64,000 nucleotides of DNA, taken from assembly GCA_916439105.1 (NCBI GenBank), contig CAKAHN010000001.1, positions 411,026 through 475,025 on the forward strand, read 5' to 3'. Origin of the DNA: an uncultured Lachnoanaerobaculum sp. (GTDB lineage: Bacteria > Bacillota > Clostridia > Lachnospirales > Lachnospiraceae). This document shows positions 8,894-20,296 of the stretch, piece by piece. The position numbers and the translations under genes are program-made. Within the stretch, counting starts at the first letter, position 1; every line of letters starts with the position of its first letter. The notes under the pieces are model-generated. The model worked only from the letters and a program-made list of their open reading frames with translations, did no database searches and was not told the origin of the DNA.

Positions 8894-11307
8894 TTATCCA
8901 ACCACTATATTTATAATCTTCTTTGGAACATATATTTCTTTTCTTATTGTTCCTTCCAGTTTTCCGGCCTCAGCAAGTGCTTTCTTACCTGCCTCTATAG
9001 CATCTTCCTTGTTTACATTGGCATCAAGCTCAATAACAAGCTTTGTCTTTCCGTTTATCTGAACAGGAACCTCTATTGTATCCACTTCCTTATGGCTCTC
9101 ATCAAATGTAGGCCACTCTGCATGGAATACCGAACCCTGTCCTCCAAGCTCTTCCCAAAGTTCCTCACCTATATGAGGTGCAAAAGGTGCAAGCAATATA
9201 GTAAATGCCTTTAATGTTTCCTTATCCACACCGTTCTTTTTGCTAAGCTCATTAAGCTTATTATTGTACTCCATAAAGCCTGCGATAACTGTATTCAAGC
9301 TAAATGCATTAAATCTTTGCTCAATATCGGAGATAAGGTTTGCACGAACTCTTAAGAGCTCTCTGTCGGCCTCTACATTCTTATCCTTATTGTCCATTAC
9401 AAGCTTATAGAACTTATTTAAAAATCTTGATACACCCTCGATACCTCTGTCATCCCAGTCGGCATCAAGCTCAGGCGGTCCGACGAAAAGCTCATACATT
9501 CTAAGAGCATCACATCCATAGTCACGAACAAGATCATCAGGTGAAACCACATTTCCCTTACTCTTACTCATCTTCTGTCCGTCACTACCGTTTATCATAC
9601 CCTGATTGAAAAGCTTTGTAAAAGGCTCATCAAAGTCAACCACACCTATATCATTTAAGAACTTGGTGTAGAATCTTGAATAAAGAAGGTGAAGTACGGC
9701 ATGCTCAACGCCACCTATATACATATCTACAGGAAGGTACTTATCTGCCATCTCTTTGCTTACAAGCTCCTTATCATTGTGCGGATCCACATATCTAAGG
9801 AAATACCAGCTTGATCCTGCCCACTGCGGCATGGTATTGGTCTCACGCTTTGCAGGTGCACCACATACAGGACATGTGGTATTTACCCACTCATCAATAG
9901 CCGCAAGCGGTGACTCACCTGTTCCTGTAGGCTGATAACTCTCTACCTCAGGAAGCCTTAACGGAAGCTCATTTTCCGGTACAGGCACATTTCCACAATG
10001 TGGGCAATGTATTATCGGAATAGGCTCACCCCAGTAACGCTGTCTTGAGAATACCCAGTCACGAAGCTTGTAGTTGGTTGTCTTCTTACCATAACCCTTC
10101 TCTTCTATCATCTGTGGAGCTTCAAGCTTTAACTTCGCACTCTCCATACCGTTCCAGTCACCTGAGTTTATCATTGTTCCTACAGCATCTGTGTAGGCTT
10201 CTGTCATATTTTCAATTTCTTTACCGTCTTTTGCTATAACCTGAACTATAGGAAGATCAAATTTCTTTGCAAACTCAAAGTCTCTGTCATCATGTGCAGG
10301 TACACACATAATAGCACCTGTACCATAGTCGGCCAAAACATAGTCTGAAAGCCAAATAGGTGTCTTTGCACCGTTTAAAGGATTGATTGCATATGAACCT
10401 GTAAATACACCTGTCTTTTCCTTTGACTGCATTCTGTCTACATTTGACTTCATGGAGCTTTCAAAAATATACTTCTCAACGGCCTCTCTTGTCTCATCTG
10501 TAGCCAGAGATTTTGCAAGCTCATGCTCAGGTGAAAGTACCATAAAAGTAGCACCGTAAAGAGTATCAGGTCTTGTAGTATAAACCACAATATTTTTGTC
10601 CTGTCCATCCACCTTAAAGTTTACTTCGGCACCATAGCTCTTTCCGATCCAGTCTGACTGCATCTTCTTAACCTTCTCAGGCCAGTCAAGCTTGTCAAGG
10701 TCATTAAGAAGTCTGTCTGCATATGCTGTTATCTTTAGCATCCACTGACGAAGATTCTTCTTTGTAACCGGAGTTCCACATCTCTCACATTTTCCGTCTA
10801 CTACCTCTTCATTTGCAAGACCTGTCTTACATGAAGGGCACCAGTTGATAGGGATTCCTTCTCATATGCAAGACCTTTTTTGAACATCTGAACAAATATC
10901 CACTGTGTCCACTTATAAAAGTTAGGATCGGTAGTATTAACCTCTCTGTCCCAATCATAAAGTGCCGCAATTTCATTTATCTGTCTTTTAATATTAGCTA
11001 CATTTTCCGCTGTGGATTTTGCAGGATGAACCCCCATCTTTATTGCATAGTTCTCTGCAGGAAGACCGAATGCATCCCAACCCATAGGATGAATTACATA
11101 ATTACCCTTTAGCACCTGATATCTGCTCCATACATCAGATATCACATATCCTCTCCAATGTCCTACATGAAGTCCTGAACCTGAAGGGTATGGGAACATA
11201 TCCAAGCAATAGTACTTTGGCTTTTTTCCATCATCAACATTTACAGGGTTTGCTTCCCAGTTTTTCTTCCATTTTTTCTCTATTGCACTATGATTATAAT
11301 GTGCCAT
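8894..11307 (-). CDS. leuS: Leucine--tRNA ligase (frameshift near 10853)
   Basis: [14 protein letters not shown] (HIGH), [20 protein letters not shown]. Confidence 0.98.
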
Positions 11308-11396
11308 AATCTTTTCCTTTCGCTACCGGTTTAAAGTTGATTAGAGCTTCCCTCCACAAAAGTGAAGTTAAAGCTCTACTCAAAATAAGTTAAATT

Positions 11397-12785
11397 TTAA
11401 AATCTGAATTTGTCCTCAAAGTAAGCCTTAAGCTCTGCTATCGGGATTCTCACCTGCTCCATACTGTCTCTGTCTCTTACAGTTACAGCATTGTCATTCT
11501 CAGAGTCAAAGTCATATGTAATACAGAACGGTGTACCTATTTCATCCTGTCTACGATATCTCTTACCGATATTTCCTCTGTCATCAAACTCTACATTGTA
11601 ATACTTTGACAATTCTTCAGATATCTTAAGAGCACCCTCATTAAGCTTCTTTGAAAGCGGTAAAATACCGATCTTTACAGGCGCAAGTGCAGGGTGGAAG
11701 TGAAGAACTGTTCTTGTATCTCCGCCCTCAAGAGTCTCCTCATCATATGCCGCACAAAGGAATGCAAGTGTAACTCTGTCCGCACCAAGTGAAGGCTCTA
11801 CTACATATGGAATGTATCTCTCACTTGTTTCATCATCAAAATATGTAAGATCCTGTCCTGAAACTTCCTGATGACGACCAAGGTCATAATCTGTTCTGTC
11901 TGCGATTCCCCAAAGCTCGCCCCAACCGAATGGGAAGAGGAATTCTATATCTGTTGTAGCATTTGAATAGAAACTAAGCTCCTCTTTGTCATGATCTCTG
12001 AGTCTCATCTGCTCCTCTTTGATACCGAGAGCTATAAGCCAATCTCTACAGAAACCTCTCCAATACTCAAACCACTCAAGGTCTGTACCCGGCTTACAGA
12101 AGAACTCAAGCTCCATCTGCTCAAACTCTCTTGTTCTGAATGTGAAGTTACCCGGAGTGATCTCATTTCTAAACGACTTACCAATCTGTCCTATACCGAA
12201 AGGTACTTTCTTTCTTGAGGTTCTTTGTACATTCTTAAAGTTTACAAAAATACCCTGTGCTGTTTCGGGTCTTAGATAAACCACATTTTTAGCATCCTCT
12301 GTTACACCCTGGAAAGTCTTAAACATAAGATTGAACTGACGGATATCTGTAAAATTGTGCTTACCACAGGTCGGACAAGCTATCTCATGCTCATCAATGT
12401 ACTTTTTCATCTCATCATTTGACCATGCATCCACGCTACCGTCTATAGTAACATTATTTTCCTGCATATAGTCCTCAATGATCTTGTCCGCTCTAAATCT
12501 CTCATGGCATTCCTTACAGTCCATAAGAGGATCTGAAAAGCTTCCCAAGTGTCCTGATGCTATCCATGTCTGTGGATTCATCAAGATGGCACAGTCCACA
12601 CCTACATTGTATGGTGACTCCTTTATAAACTTCTGCCACCAGGCAGCTTTAACATTATTCTTTAATTCAACACCCAAGTTACCATAGTCCCAGGTATTTG
12701 CAAGACCGCCGTATATCTCTGAACCCGGATATACAAATCCTCTTGATTTTGCCAGTGCTATGATTTTTTCCATGCTATATTCCAT
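11397..12785 (-). CDS. glyQS: Glycine--tRNA ligase, homodimeric (alpha2) type
   Basis: [40 protein letters not shown]. Confidence 0.98.
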   Translation of the reverse strand: MEYSMEKIIALAKSRGFVYPGSEIYGGLANTWDYGNLGVELKNNVKAAWWQKFIKESPYNVGVDCAILMNPQTWIASGHLGSFSDPLMDCKECHERFRADKIIEDYMQENNVTIDGSVDAWSNDEMKKYIDEHEIACPTCGKHNFTDIRQFNLMFKTFQGVTEDAKNVVYLRPETAQGIFVNFKNVQRTSRKKVPFGIGQIGKSFRNEITPGNFTFRTREFEQMELEFFCKPGTDLEWFEYWRGFCRDWLIALGIKEEQMRLRDHDKEELSFYSNATTDIEFLFPFGWGELWGIADRTDYDLGRHQEVSGQDLTYFDDETSERYIPYVVEPSLGADRVTLAFLCAAYDEETLEGGDTRTVLHFHPALAPVKIGILPLSKKLNEGALKISEELSKYYNVEFDDRGNIGKRYRRQDEIGTPFCITYDFDSENDNAVTVRDRDSMEQVRIPIAELKAYFEDKFRF

Positions 12786-12797
12786 GAATTTCTCCTT

Positions 12798-13358
12798 TTA
12801 TTTAAATATAATATAATTAAAGCCATCTACCTTGGCAGTATTATCATCAAACTCGATATCATTTGATACATAGGTGATTTCTCCCTCTGTATACACATCG
12901 GCCTTACCGTCTATTACCGCAATATAATCACCTTTGATTCCGTCAGGTATATCTATTGAGTTCATCTTTGAGACATCAATATCCTTAAGATTGTATACCT
13001 CTACAGAATTCAAATCAAAGCTGTTGTCTTGAGTGAACTTTGCAAACTCTTCCATACATTCAAATGAGCTGTATGAAAATACAAGTTTTGCCACATTCTT
13101 TTTTATTGTGGCATCTTCAAGTTTTACCTGATTATTTGCATTTAACTTATTAAAGTCTTCTATCTCCGTATTGGCAAAGCTTTCAAGCTCATCGCTCTTT
13201 GCTTCTGTATCTATTTCTTCAACCAAGGCGGACTTTAGTGTGCCGTCCCTGGATATAAATATAGAGCTTTGATCAGGATGGTATGAATATGACTTATTTC
13301 CACCACAGCCTGTCAAAAATAACAGTAATGCTGCAGCCGCCAAATATCCCTTTTTCAT
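12798..13358 (-). CDS. Hypothetical lipoprotein
   Basis: Signal peptide MKKGYLAAAALLLFLTG-C with a lipobox. Confidence 0.85.
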   Translation of the reverse strand: MKKGYLAAAALLLFLTGCGGNKSYSYHPDQSSIFISRDGTLKSALVEEIDTEAKSDELESFANTEIEDFNKLNANNQVKLEDATIKKNVAKLVFSYSSFECMEEFAKFTQDNSFDLNSVEVYNLKDIDVSKMNSIDIPDGIKGDYIAVIDGKADVYTEGEITYVSNDIEFDDNTAKVDGFNYIIFK

Positions 13359-13520
13359 GAGCACTCCTCTTCTATATAAATTTATCCGCCCAAAAGGCGG
13401 TATAACAATTAAACTATGTCAGAATATTCAAATTTTTATTGAGACACTAAAAACAAGTATGCCACAAATACGGCTCATTTTCAAGGTAAGAGAGATTTTT
13501 TATTGTATTTTTGTTCGATT

Positions 13521-13557
13521 TAAAAAGCTCCGATTTAAACGTAGTCGGAGCTTTTTA
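13521..13557 (-). terminator. Intrinsic terminator of the lipoprotein operon (bidirectional-looking)
   Basis: AAAAAGCTCCGA ... TCGGAGCTTTTT. Confidence 0.8.
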
Positions 13558-13581
13558 TAATTAATTGTTCATACTATCCTA

Positions 13582-14684
13582 TTACTTCTCTACCGGTGAT
13601 GCATATTTGCCGGGATCCTTAGCGGGTTTACAGTATTCTCTCCATTCATCAAAGCTATGAATATCATGCTCTTTTCCGTCTACTGAATTTTCAGCACTTA
13701 TTTTAACTCCATCAAAAGACACTTCTCTACCCTCAGGCAGTATAATTGACATTATTTCCTCTTCACTTGGATTACCTGTAAGTACTATATCCACTGCAAG
13801 CTTTGCCCTTTCTTCATTTATATCATTTTTCTTTATTTCATCACATAAACTCTTTAGTTTAGGGAACATAGTAAACAGCTTTGTATTATTTTCCGAGATA
13901 TCTTCTATATCAGTAAAATGTATCTGCCTACACCCTTCAAAAAAGCTTAATGTTCTTACTGAATTTGAATCATAATCTGGCCAAACTGCATTATCCATGT
14001 TTTGTTCCATAAACCTACTAAAGTGTGCTGTATATATTAGGTTTACCCTGTTTTCATCTTCCAAATCGTTTATGATATCTTCATACTCTTTTTCAAACAG
14101 CTCTCCGGTCTCCACATCAATATATATCATCCTTTTTGTATTATTGTTCTTATCTTCATTTGAAGGCACTATATCTTCCGCCCCGAATACAAGACAAGGC
14201 TTATTCTCATACATTCTTGTTGTGAACATAGTATAGTCGGTAGGCATTATATTCATATTCTTTTCTTTTAAAATTTCAAGAACATCTATTTCATTTTTTA
14301 TCTTCCAACCTCCTATACCATAAACCTTTACGTCAAAAATTTTTCTATATTTCTTTCTAAATATGTTTTATTTGTATTTATATCCCTCATTCTGTTTGAA
14401 TGCACTGTCATATTAACTTCCACGGCATATTTTAAAGGTATATATAGCATATATCTTATTACAGGGTCTTCACTTTCTTTTATATCATTACCCTGTATCG
14501 CACAGAGGGCATTTCCGTCTTCACTAATCCAAAGCCCGTGCAGATTATTTTTTATTCCCCATGTCAATGTGTAACCGTCATCTACAATCTTATGTGTTGT
14601 ATTTTCATCCATCTTTTTATCTTTACTTCCACATCCGATGCAAAATATTATACAAAATACAAATAATAAAACAGCTCTCTTCAT
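13582..14684 (-). CDS. Tandem lipoprotein C, about 370 aa (ORFs 14328-14684 and 13582-14256 joined by one frameshift near 14340)
   Basis: MKRAVLLFVFCIIFCIG-C lipobox. Shifting in the A/T run gives EKIFDVKVYGIGGWKIKNEIDVLEILKEKNMNIMPTDY, continuous with the downstream ORF. Confidence 0.75.
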
Positions 14685-14708
14685 CCTTCTACTCCTCTGC
14701 CAATATAT

Positions 14709-15795
14709 TTATTTGTTATCAGGTATAGGGTTATAACTTGATTTTTCCATCTCCTCCGGCTCAATATACTTTTTAAAGTCATCAAAGTTATTAATCTTAT
14801 GCGGTAATCCGTCTACCGAATGCCTGCCATCTACTATCACTCCGTCAAATGATATATCCTCTACATTCTCAAAGAACATATCCAATAATTCCTTATCGCT
14901 TATACTGTCCGGCAACATGAACGTCACTTTAGCCCTTTCTCCTTCAGATATAAGTTTATCCAGATTCTCCCTTAAATGTGGGAATAATTCATAAAGTCTC
15001 TTACTTTCTTTTGGAATTCTGCCTATGTCATATATATATACATCCATGAAACCTTCCCAATCTGAGAATGAACTAACCGTAATATATGAATAAAGTGAAT
15101 TTTGCTTTAAAAGTATATAATTAAAAATATCCCGTTTATTAACAACCGATATCTTTTCACCTTTTTTATATCTGTCTGAAACATCCCTTGCCCAATCTTC
15201 AAAATATGTTTCATCTTCTATATTAATAAATACAGATTTTAGCCTATCTTCATATCCATTTTCTATATCTTCACTTGTTTTTTCAGACCACACCTTAATA
15301 TATGGTTTCCCGTCATATTCTAATGCTATTGCTTTATATGGTCTGTCGGGTTTTTATATTATCATCATTATCAAAGATACTTTTTTACATCTATTGTTTT
15401 GAGCTTTTTTCCCGGTTTTAATATCATATATATCAACATTAAATTTATAAAGCTCCGTAGTTTTTCAAATTGTATCCCCAAATGATTTCCGTTTTTCATC
15501 CAAAAAAAGTATCCAAATATCTTCCCTGTAGGTCATTATCTGTAGCGTATTTATTGGGGATTATATCATCATCCTCACCTCCCCATTCCATATTATCACC
15601 GACCCCATTATATAAATACATTACATATAATGCATCGTTATCCTCATTAATTTCACTTGCATAATAACCGGTTTTATATATAAGATCATATCCTCCTCTT
15701 TCAATCTTATTTTCAATCTTATCTGCTTTTTTTAGTGCATCCACATAAGCATAGGCAAAGTAATACACCCATAAAAAAATCTTACTTTTTCTCAT
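14709..15795 (-). CDS. Tandem lipoprotein B, paralog of C, with several frameshifts
   Basis: An alternative frame at the 5' end reads MGVLLCLCLCG-C. The gap between ORFs encodes YKFNVDIYDIKTGK and AIALEYDGKPYIKVWSE. The C-terminus SFDGV..SVDG..H.I..FD is shared with C. Confidence 0.7.
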
Positions 15796-15799
15796 TTAT

Positions 15800-17393
15800 T
15801 TACTCCTCTACCGTATTCTCTCCATAATTATCAACTTTTTTTAATAAAAGTTTTTCATTTACTGTCAGGACTTTTTGCAACACTATTTTTTTCATATTTG
15901 TTTTGCTAATAAACTTATGTTTATATATTAAATATGAACTACAAAATCAATATATTGTCTATTCTTAGTTATATACTTACAAATTATTGTGATCCATTTA
16001 CCAATATATCCATAAATGATATTTTTGATTTTGTCATATCATCATATTGATCTTGTAAAAAAATTATCTTATAAAACTTTTTTGCGGGTTCCTCTAAAAT
16101 ATTACATCCACCATTCCATAATTTTTTAATAATTTCTTGATGCTCTCCATTACCCACATCTTCAAACTCAAAAGTAGGATTATCAATGCCGCACTCCACT
16201 CTTAACAGTTCTTTAAATCCCCTCTCATTAACCATTCTTATCCTTTTTATAGTATCGGGATCAAATAAACCTGCAACAACGACACCCCTATAACTATCTG
16301 CACTAAATGTTCCGCCACAATAATAATTTTGGGTTAATATACTTTGATTGTACTCTGACATAATCCTATCCTCTTTTTTATAGCTATATAAATAATCCAC
16401 TACTCCATTAGCCATGTTCTTTATTAAATCAGCAAACTTAAAAGCTGCAATATTTAGTATATTCTCATTTAAATTTTTTTCCTTTTTATAATTTTTCCAA
16501 AAAAATTTCAGGTCTATCTTACCTCTTCTCCTAAATATATCTGTTATAATAACTTCACTAAAAGCTCTCCTTTTTAGGTGACAGAACTACACCTCTATTA
16601 TTTGCCCCAACCGTCTGTTTTTCATAATTTAGGTAATATGAATATTCATTTGAACTTGTATGATAAAATAACTCATTTATATATAATTGAGTAAATTGTA
16701 TATATGATTTATTCAGTAAATCCTTGTATACATCATCTATCAAATATTTTATGCTTCCAAATAATGTAGCCAAACCCAGTAAATTATTACTTCGCCTCAC
16801 AAGATAATTATAATTATTCTCATCTCCAACATCTCCATATAGTAATACATCACTATTCTTTTTGTAATAGTTCTATAGTTTCACTATATAATATGTTTAT
16901 ATACTCCCTTGCCCGCTTGCTGCTCAAAGTGTATATAGCCTGATATATAGGATAATTTGAAGGATTTTCAACCGGCTTTATCATAGAGTTTAATAGCTTC
17001 TCAAGATTATCACCCTCATCCTCCATGCTTAATTTTAGAATATATTCTGCTATAAATTCTTTAGTCGCTTTTTCCTTTGGAGTTTTTAAAAATACCTTAT
17101 CAAAATTCTTGTTTGCAAGTTCTATAATAAATTCCTCTTCATTACATTCTTTCAAAGAAGTATATGTGTCCGATAACTCCTGTGGTGAAAATCCCAATCT
17201 TTTCATTTCATTTATTTCACTATCTGTCATTTCGGCACTCAGCTCATCATAACTACCGGAATTATCCTCTACCAAAGAACTGTACTCTATATATTTTTTA
17301 TCAACTTCATATGCAAATTTATTATTTTTATTTTGGCAACCGCATAAAATAACTAGCATTAAACCTGTGATGTAAAAATATACTTCTTTTCAT
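15800..17393 (-). CDS. Tandem lipoprotein A, about 530 codons, reconstructed from ORFs 16853-17359, 16558-16800 and 15984-16415
   Basis: AGGAGG RBS, MKRSI..YITGLMLVILCG-C. Junction frames read QKNSDVLLYGDVGDENNYNYLVRRSNN and RAFSEVIITDIFRRRGKIDLK...KNMANG. The 3' end is uncertain. Confidence 0.55.
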
Positions 17394-17573
17394 TACTTCT
17401 CCTCCTATTACCAACTTCTAATCAAATAATCTTAGCTTAAATGCCCTTTGCTTACATCTAACTTTATTATACTTTTTTTATAAATTATGTAAACCCGAAA
17501 TACTTATTATAATTTTTACTTTTACTTTTTTTATAACTATAGATTTTCCCCTTGCCTATATCTTTTTACATGC

Positions 17574-17603
17574 AAAAAACAGGGACTTTCATCCCTGTTT
17601 TTT
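17574..17603 (-). terminator. Intrinsic terminator of the suf operon
   Basis: AAAAAACAGGGA-CTTTCA-TCCCTGTTTTTT. Confidence 0.85.
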
Positions 17604-17612
17604 GTATATTTA

Positions 17613-18038
17613 TTATTTCAACAACTCTTCCATTGTATGCCAGCCAAGTACTGCACATTTTACTCTTGCAGGCATATGTGAAATATCTCTGAGGGCTCCG
17701 GCCTCATCAAGTTCCTCTATCTCTTCTTCAGTTGCCTCTCCCTTTATCATACGGAAGAACATGTCTGAAAGTCTGATGGCTTCATCCTTTTCAAGACCTA
17801 TTACCATATCAAGCATTATATCTGCTGAAGCCTGTGATATAGCACATCCGTCTCCTACAAAAGCTCCGTCTTCAATGATGCCTTCATCGTTCACCTTAAG
17901 TTTTAAAGTGATATGATCACCACAGCTTGGATTTACACCGTCCAGTATAAGATTGGCACCGGGAAGATCATGTTTATGATACGGTCTTAAATTATGCTCT
18001 GTCAGAATTTCATTATAAAAGGCTCTGTTCTCACTCAT
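17613..18038 (-). CDS. sufU: SUF system sulfur-transfer protein SufU
   Basis: NPSCGD, GCAISQASA, RVKCA. Confidence 0.95.
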   Translation of the reverse strand: MSENRAFYNEILTEHNLRPYHKHDLPGANLILDGVNPSCGDHITLKLKVNDEGIIEDGAFVGDGCAISQASADIMLDMVIGLEKDEAIRLSDMFFRMIKGEATEEEIEELDEAGALRDISHMPARVKCAVLGWHTMEELLK

Positions 18039-19248
18039 CGTATCCCATCTCCTTTCTTATATCTAAAAGAGCGGCTGCCAGTGCATCTATCTCTTCCTTT
18101 GTGTTATAGAAAGAAAGGCTTGCTCTTGTGGTTGAATTTATCTTAAGATGCTGCAACAGCGGCTGTGCACAGTGATGTCCTGCTCTTACCGCAATACCTT
18201 TTGAATCAAGTATTGAAGATATATCATGTGGGTGTACACCTTCAAGTAAGAAATTGATTATACCGCTATGCTTAGCAGGATCCTTGGAACCAAGTATTCT
18301 GACATACTTATTCTTTGAAAGAACCTCAATAGCATACTCACTAAGCTCTCTCTCGATACTCTCTATTTTCTCATAGCCTATGCTCTCGATATAGTCGATA
18401 GCTGCCGCAAGTCCTACCGCACCTTCCGCATTTACAGTACCCGCCTCAAACTTATGTGGTAATGGTGCAAATGTGGCTTTTTCTCTGGTAACATACTCTA
18501 TCATCTCACCACCGCTGAGGAATGGTGGCATAGCCTCAAGTAATGCCTTCTTACCATAGAGCACACCGATACCCATAGGTCCGCAAAGCTTATGGCCTGA
18601 GAATGCAAAGAAATCCGCATCCAGTTCTCTTACATCTATTTTCTTATGAGGTATGCTCTGTGCACCGTCAACCACTACTACAGCACCCACACTATGAGCT
18701 TTTTCAATGATATACTCTATAGGTGTAGGTATTCCAAGTACATTTGATATCTGTGTACAAGCTACCAACTTTGTATTTTCATTTATTTTAGAATCTATCT
18801 CAGCCTTTGTGATCTCACCGTCTTCCTCACAGTCAAGGAATACAAGTTTCGCTCCTGTAGCTCTTGCCACCATCTGCCATGGAAGCATATTTGAATGATG
18901 TTCAAGTATACTTACAACTATCTCATCTCCGGCCTTTATGTTGTTCAATCCGTAGCTGTATGCCACAAGGTTTAAACTCTCTGATGCATTTCTGGTAAAG
19001 ATTATCTCTTCACTTCCTGCTGCACCTATAAACTTTGCCACTTTGCTTCTGGCATTCTCATAGTCCTGCGTAGCTTCCACACTGAGTTTATACACTCCTC
19101 TTAAAGGGTTTGCATTGTGATGCTTATAAAAATCATTTATTGCATCCAGTACCGCCTGTGGTCTTTGTGATGTAGCCGCATTGTCCATATATATAACATC
19201 ATCGGATGCTAAAAGCGGAAAATCATTTCTGTATATACTCTTACTCAT
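18031..19248 (-). CDS. sufS: SufS cysteine desulfurase
   Basis: YMDNAATSQRP, FSGHK, RAGHHCAQP. Confidence 0.96.
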   Translation of the reverse strand: MSKSIYRNDFPLLASDDVIYMDNAATSQRPQAVLDAINDFYKHHNANPLRGVYKLSVEATQDYENARSKVAKFIGAAGSEEIIFTRNASESLNLVAYSYGLNNIKAGDEIVVSILEHHSNMLPWQMVARATGAKLVFLDCEEDGEITKAEIDSKINENTKLVACTQISNVLGIPTPIEYIIEKAHSVGAVVVVDGAQSIPHKKIDVRELDADFFAFSGHKLCGPMGIGVLYGKKALLEAMPPFLSGGEMIEYVTREKATFAPLPHKFEAGTVNAEGAVGLAAAIDYIESIGYEKIESIERELSEYAIEVLSKNKYVRILGSKDPAKHSGIINFLLEGVHPHDISSILDSKGIAVRAGHHCAQPLLQHLKINSTTRASLSFYNTKEEIDALAAALLDIRKEMGYDE

Positions 19249-20296
19249 CTTCACTGCCTCCAAGATAAAGATTTACTTTCTCTTCAAGTGCCTCATTCTC
19301 CAGCTTTTTGCTTATTGCATCTATTCTTGCTCTTGCCACCATCTTAGTAACACTTTCCTTGTCCATACCTCTTGATGTGAGGTAGAAAAGCATACCTTCA
19401 TCAAGGTTTCCTATGGAAGCACCATGTGTACCGACTACATCTTCCTCAGCACAGAGTATTACCGGTATACTCTGGTTGTGGATATTATTTCCAAGCAATA
19501 GTACATCCTCAGACTCTTCTCCGGTTGCATCTTTTGCGCCTCTCTTAAAGTCAATAGTACCTCTTAGAAGCTTCTTTGAATTATCATTAAGTACTCCTGA
19601 GGCTATCATCTTGCAATTACTTGACTTTCCTATATGATCTGCCACATAGTTAAGATCTATCTGCTCCTCGGCCTTTCCATAGTAGCCAAGGTCTGATATA
19701 AATTCACTCCTTTTACCTACAAGGCTTGCCCTTGCGCCTGCAAATATCTTCTCTCCACCAAGTAAGAGCTGTACAAGTTCAAATGAAGCATCTTTTTCAA
19801 CATTTGCACCAATATCATTGAGTGAAATATCACTGTCTGACTGAAGTCCTACCTGATACAATTTTACCTTTGCATCTTTCTCTGCAAAAACAAATGTCTG
19901 TACAGCCAAAGCACCGCTATTTTCCTCATTCGAAGAGTAATCCATCCATACATTGACTTCACTACCTTCAGCCGCATAGATATATACTCTCACCTTTGCA
20001 AGGCTTTCCTTATCTCTGCATATATTTATATGACTGTTTGACTTCTCTCCTGCAAGAGTATTTATAATAATATCTTCACTTTCAGAGTCACAAAGCTCAG
20101 TCATATTTGCTCCCATTCCTGTAGGAAGAGCTTTCATAGCTGCTATAGTCTCTTTTGAAAGTTCATTATTTGCATTCTCATTTAAAACTTTTATATTTGC
20201 ACTGCCTGTTTCACTTGGTATAGAAACAGCAGTCTCATTCATCTTTAGCCATCTCCAGGTAAGAACCGGTATTCTGTTTAAAGTAATATCTCTCAT
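19241..20296 (-). CDS. sufD: Fe-S cluster assembly protein SufD
   Basis: SufBD beta-helix, HGASIG, FYLTSRG; lies between sufB and sufS. Confidence 0.9.
   Translation of the reverse strand: MRDITLNRIPVLTWRWLKMNETAVSIPSETGSANIKVLNENANNELSKETIAAMKALPTGMGANMTELCDSESEDIIINTLAGEKSNSHINICRDKESLAKVRVYIYAAEGSEVNVWMDYSSNEENSGALAVQTFVFAEKDAKVKLYQVGLQSDSDISLNDIGANVEKDASFELVQLLLGGEKIFAGARASLVGKRSEFISDLGYYGKAEEQIDLNYVADHIGKSSNCKMIASGVLNDNSKKLLRGTIDFKRGAKDATGEESEDVLLLGNNIHNQSIPVILCAEEDVVGTHGASIGNLDEGMLFYLTSRGMDKESVTKMVARARIDAISKKLENEALEEKVNLYLGGSEDE

Noticed and set aside
10800..10870. Naturally split (alpha/beta) LeuRS or programmed frameshift
   Set aside because: Adding one base restores E-x-P-I-N-W, there is no slippery site or stimulatory structure, and similar indels occur throughout the window.
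11308..11396. T-box leader for leuS (or for glyQS at 13360-13500)
   Set aside because: No UGGNACC antiterminator motif and too short; only a plain hairpin (TAGAGCTT/AAGCTCTA) is present before leuS.
13582..17500. Prophage, ICE or IS origin for the lipoprotein island
   Set aside because: I saw no integrase, transposase, phage gene or flanking direct repeat.
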